DNA from: Octopus vulgaris
Lineage: Eukaryota
Assembly: GCA_951406725.2 (NCBI GenBank)
Contig: OX597830.1
Location: 22,010,001 to 22,074,000, forward strand
Reading direction: 5' to 3'
DNA: 64,000 nucleotides
Shown here: positions 60,635-64,000 of the stretch, piece by piece
Layout of the letters: each line of letters starts with the position of its first letter
How positions within the stretch are numbered: the first letter of the stretch is position 1
Notes under the pieces: model-generated
What the model was told of the DNA's origin: nothing
Database searches by the model: none
What the model saw: the letters and a program-made list of their open reading frames with translations, nothing else
Made by a program: the position numbers and the translations under genes

Positions 60635-62377
60635 GTTGATTGTGTCTTTCAATGCAAATGGAGCTTTACACAGAATGCAGGTAGGTGTTGGAGATAAACT
60701 ATCTGAGAGAGCGCTGTTTTGACCACAAATTTATGCTGGAGTTGAAATTTCACTATTTTTTTCTCCTTTGGTATGATTTTCTGGAGGATGAAGATGACTA
60801 TTCAGACAATGCTACAGAAAGTCAATTCTGGAAAAAAAAAAACAGTTGACAGAAAATGAAAACTTGTTTAATCTTACTCATCAACAGACTATGCTGTGTT
60901 AATACTTTAAATCAGGGGCTCTCAACCATTTTTTTACCTATGGACGCCGTTGATTACCATTTTCTACAGTCGTATCCAAAAGTTTGGAACATTTTTTTAA
61001 AAATCAAAATATTTATGCCCAAGTACAATTTGATTCAAAACTATACAATGCATACATTTGAGCATTTAATACAAAAATTCTAATTTTCAGACTGACGTTC
61101 CAAACTTTTAGCCAAGGAATAATATATTGCAATCTTTTTTTTTTTACACTATTATCATATTGCCTGCCTTCAGTGTTTACTATTTTACAAAATTAAATTA
61201 GAAAATTGGACAAAACAAAAAGAAAAATGAAAAAAATTAAAAAGAAAAAAAAACAAAACAAACAAAACAATTCACAACCTTTTGATGAAAAGTTGAGGGC
61301 GCTGGAAAAACCCCTTTAATGGCCATTGAGGCACACCAGCATGCTTGCAGCATGGCCACAGTCAAATGACTGAAACAAGTAAAAGAATAAAAGAGAGTAA
61401 AGAGTGTGTGTGTGTGTGTGTATATATATATCTCATCATCATCATTTAACGTCCGCTTTCCATGCTAGCATGGGTTGGACGGTTCAACTGGGGTCTGGGG
61501 AGCCCGAAGGCTGCACCAGGCCAGTCAGATCTGGCAGTGTTTCTACAGCTGGATGCCCTTCCTAACGCCAACCACTCCGAGAGTGTAGTGGGTGATTTTA
61601 TGTGCCACCGACACAGGTGCCAGACAAGGCTGGCTACGGCCACTTCGGATGGTGTTTTTTATGTGCCACCGACACAGGTGCCAGACGAGGCTGGCGAACG
61701 GCCACGATCGGATGGTGTTTGTTACGTGCCCACAGCACGGAGGCCAGTCGATGCGGTACTGGCTACGGCCACGTTCGGATGCTTTTGTGTGCCACCGGCA
61801 CTGGTACCACAAAGATACAAATTCCATTGATGTTCATCTATTTTGATTTGTTTTGATTTTCACTTGCCTCAACAGGTCTTCACAAGTGTCACAAGAAGGA
61901 AGGTATGCACAGGTGGACTGACTACGTCCCAGGTAGGGGCCACGGGTTATGGCCTGACTAGTCTTGCCGGGTCTTTGGATGGTGTTTTTATGTGCCACCG
62001 ACACAGGTGCCAGATGAGGCTGGCGAACGGCCACGATCGGATGGTGTTTGTTACGTGCCCACAGCACGGAGGCCAGTCGATGCGGTACTGGCTACGGCCA
62101 CGTTCGGATGGTTTTCTTGTGTGTCACCGGCACTGGTACCACAAAGATACAAATTCCATCGATGTTCATCTATTTTGATTTGATTTGATTTGATATATAT
62201 ATACATACACACACGACAGGCTTCTTCCAGCTTCCATCTACCATATCCACTCACAAGGTTTTGGGCAGCCTGAGGGTATAGTAGAATACACTTGCTCAAG
62301 GTGCGACACTGGGACTGAACTCGGAACCACATGGTTCCGTGTTGGGAAGCAAGTTTCTTACCACACACCCTGCGCAT

Positions 62378-62408
<31 letters not shown>

Positions 62409-62694
62409 TCTTTTATTTGCTTCAGTCATTTGACTGCGGCCATACTGGAGCACTGCCTAGTATTTACCTTATCGGTCATTATGCCAAACAGCTAATTTAC
62501 GGGGACATAAACACCAATTGTCAACACAGATACAAAGACACACACACATATATATATATATGTACATACACGACAGGCTTCTTTCAGTTTATGTCTACGA
62601 AATCCACTTACAAGGCTTTGGAGTCAATATAAAGATCTTCACCCGTCATAACTTTCGGTAAAATGAATATATATTGATTTTTTTTTTCTTTTTT

Positions 62695-63323
62695 GGATCT
62701 TTACCCTTTGAACAGCAGATCGAGAAATTAATTTTTTGTAACTAAGCACTTTCAAACTTCGGACACTGGTATATAAAACATATTTTACTCTTAGTGTTGT
62801 TGAGAGAAGTTTGTATTTTCAAAGTTATTTCGTGTTAAAGTTGTCGTATTTCGGTAATTTCAACCAATCAATGACGTGTATTCAGCTTAATAAAATTACT
62901 GCTGTTGTTTGTCAACAACTTCTGGCGGTGTATATTTCGTTTTATCACTGTTATTTATGACATATTTCATCTCAGTTATGTTTGTATGAATAAACGAGTG
63001 TATCTGAAGCATGTTTACTTCATGGCACCACCACAATCATTCGTGCATTTCTACCGCTTTTAGTTTGTCTTCTTTTTTTTCCTGTTTTTCAGCTACTATT
63101 TTCGGAAAGACTTTTTCCCCCTACCCACCTCAAATTTCTTCGATTTTCACTTTTTTCTGTAATCCTAACCCTAAAACCAGTACAAACGCACGATTTTTCG
63201 TTTGTCACTGTTATTTATAACAGTGACAAACGAATAATACACCGCCGATAGTTGTTGTTGACAAACAACGCCAGTAAGTTTATATATATATATATATTCT
63301 TTCTTGAAAAAAATTGAAATTTT

Positions 63324-63330
<7 letters not shown>
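62695..63330. mobile_element. Longer relative of the Merlin-like MITE, with an internal inverted repeat
   Basis: Starts GGATCTTTACCCTTTGAACAGCAG. Shares AATTTCAACCAATCA.TGACGT and CCTAACCCTAA blocks with 31733..32149. About 62895-62960 pairs with about 63215-63278. Right end unclear. Confidence 0.5.
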
Positions 63331-63354
<24 letters not shown>

Positions 63355-64000
63355 CCCCAGACCTTCAAGCAGGCTAGCCACATGCTAGAAACAACAGTCA
63401 AATCTCACAAAACCGTGATAACATAATGTAATCAATCTACTCATATCTTTCTGCAAAGATTTCTTTCAGAATAATTTCCCGCAGTAATTGAAATTTTTAA
63501 AATGCGATTTTTGAAAAAAATTTTTTTTTCAGAATCGGATCCTCCATAACCAAAAACGTGGGATTCCGTAAAAAAAAAAATATCTCTCTCTCTCTATATA
63601 TATATATGTATACATATACATATATCCATTTTACCGGAAGTTATGACAGAAAGTGCCCTCCCCATCCACCCTCCACTGTCGTCAGCGCGGCATTTTTTCA
63701 TATTCGTTTTCTACATACTTGTTAACACCCACCAGGCTGTTTTTTTTTTAATTCCTGGGTGAAGATCTTTTTATTGAACGGCCTTAGCTTTTAGAAGACA
63801 CTTTCCCAAGGTGCCATGCAGTGGGACTGAACCTTGAACCATATGGTTAGGACGCAAGCTTGTTACCACAGCCACACACTCAAACAAAAGATATTTAAAA
63901 AATGTCATGTATTCTAATAAATTCATAAATATTAGAGTTTAACTTTTTTTTTAATGGGAAAATTTCTCCCCTCGTTTTTAAGTGCGTAGTGTCCACAAAA

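Overview
AT-rich, microsatellite- and transposon-dense animal genomic DNA, not prokaryotic. The repeat families look like those of Octopus/coleoid cephalopods; this is inference from pattern recognition, not a search. Two intron-containing genes can be assembled by hand on the minus strand, with GT-AG splice sites and consistent phases. (1) A complete 7-exon tektin gene, most like tektin-4/tektin A (33183->16711, 467 aa), with RFX X-box-like motifs upstream. (2) A strongly diverged SAFB/SLTM-like RRM gene (60634->37551, about 915 aa if all 15 open exons are used). It has no visible SAP domain and a degenerate RRM. It carries an array of tandemly duplicated phase 2-2 exons, one with an in-frame TGA, and two 36-bp coding minisatellites. 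A possible exon of a third gene lies at 5129-5233. Introns and intergenic DNA hold RTE-type and RLE-type LINE remnants, several tRNA-derived SINE families, mariner/Tc1/pogo/hAT fossils and MITEs. The most unusual non-coding signal is a set of minimal type I hammerhead ribozyme (HHR) motifs of the Penelope-like-element kind, in at least five unrelated short repeats. One is fused behind a tRNA-like Pol III head (a SINE carrying a ribozyme). Several sit in inverted dimers, and some have non-canonical core nucleotides.
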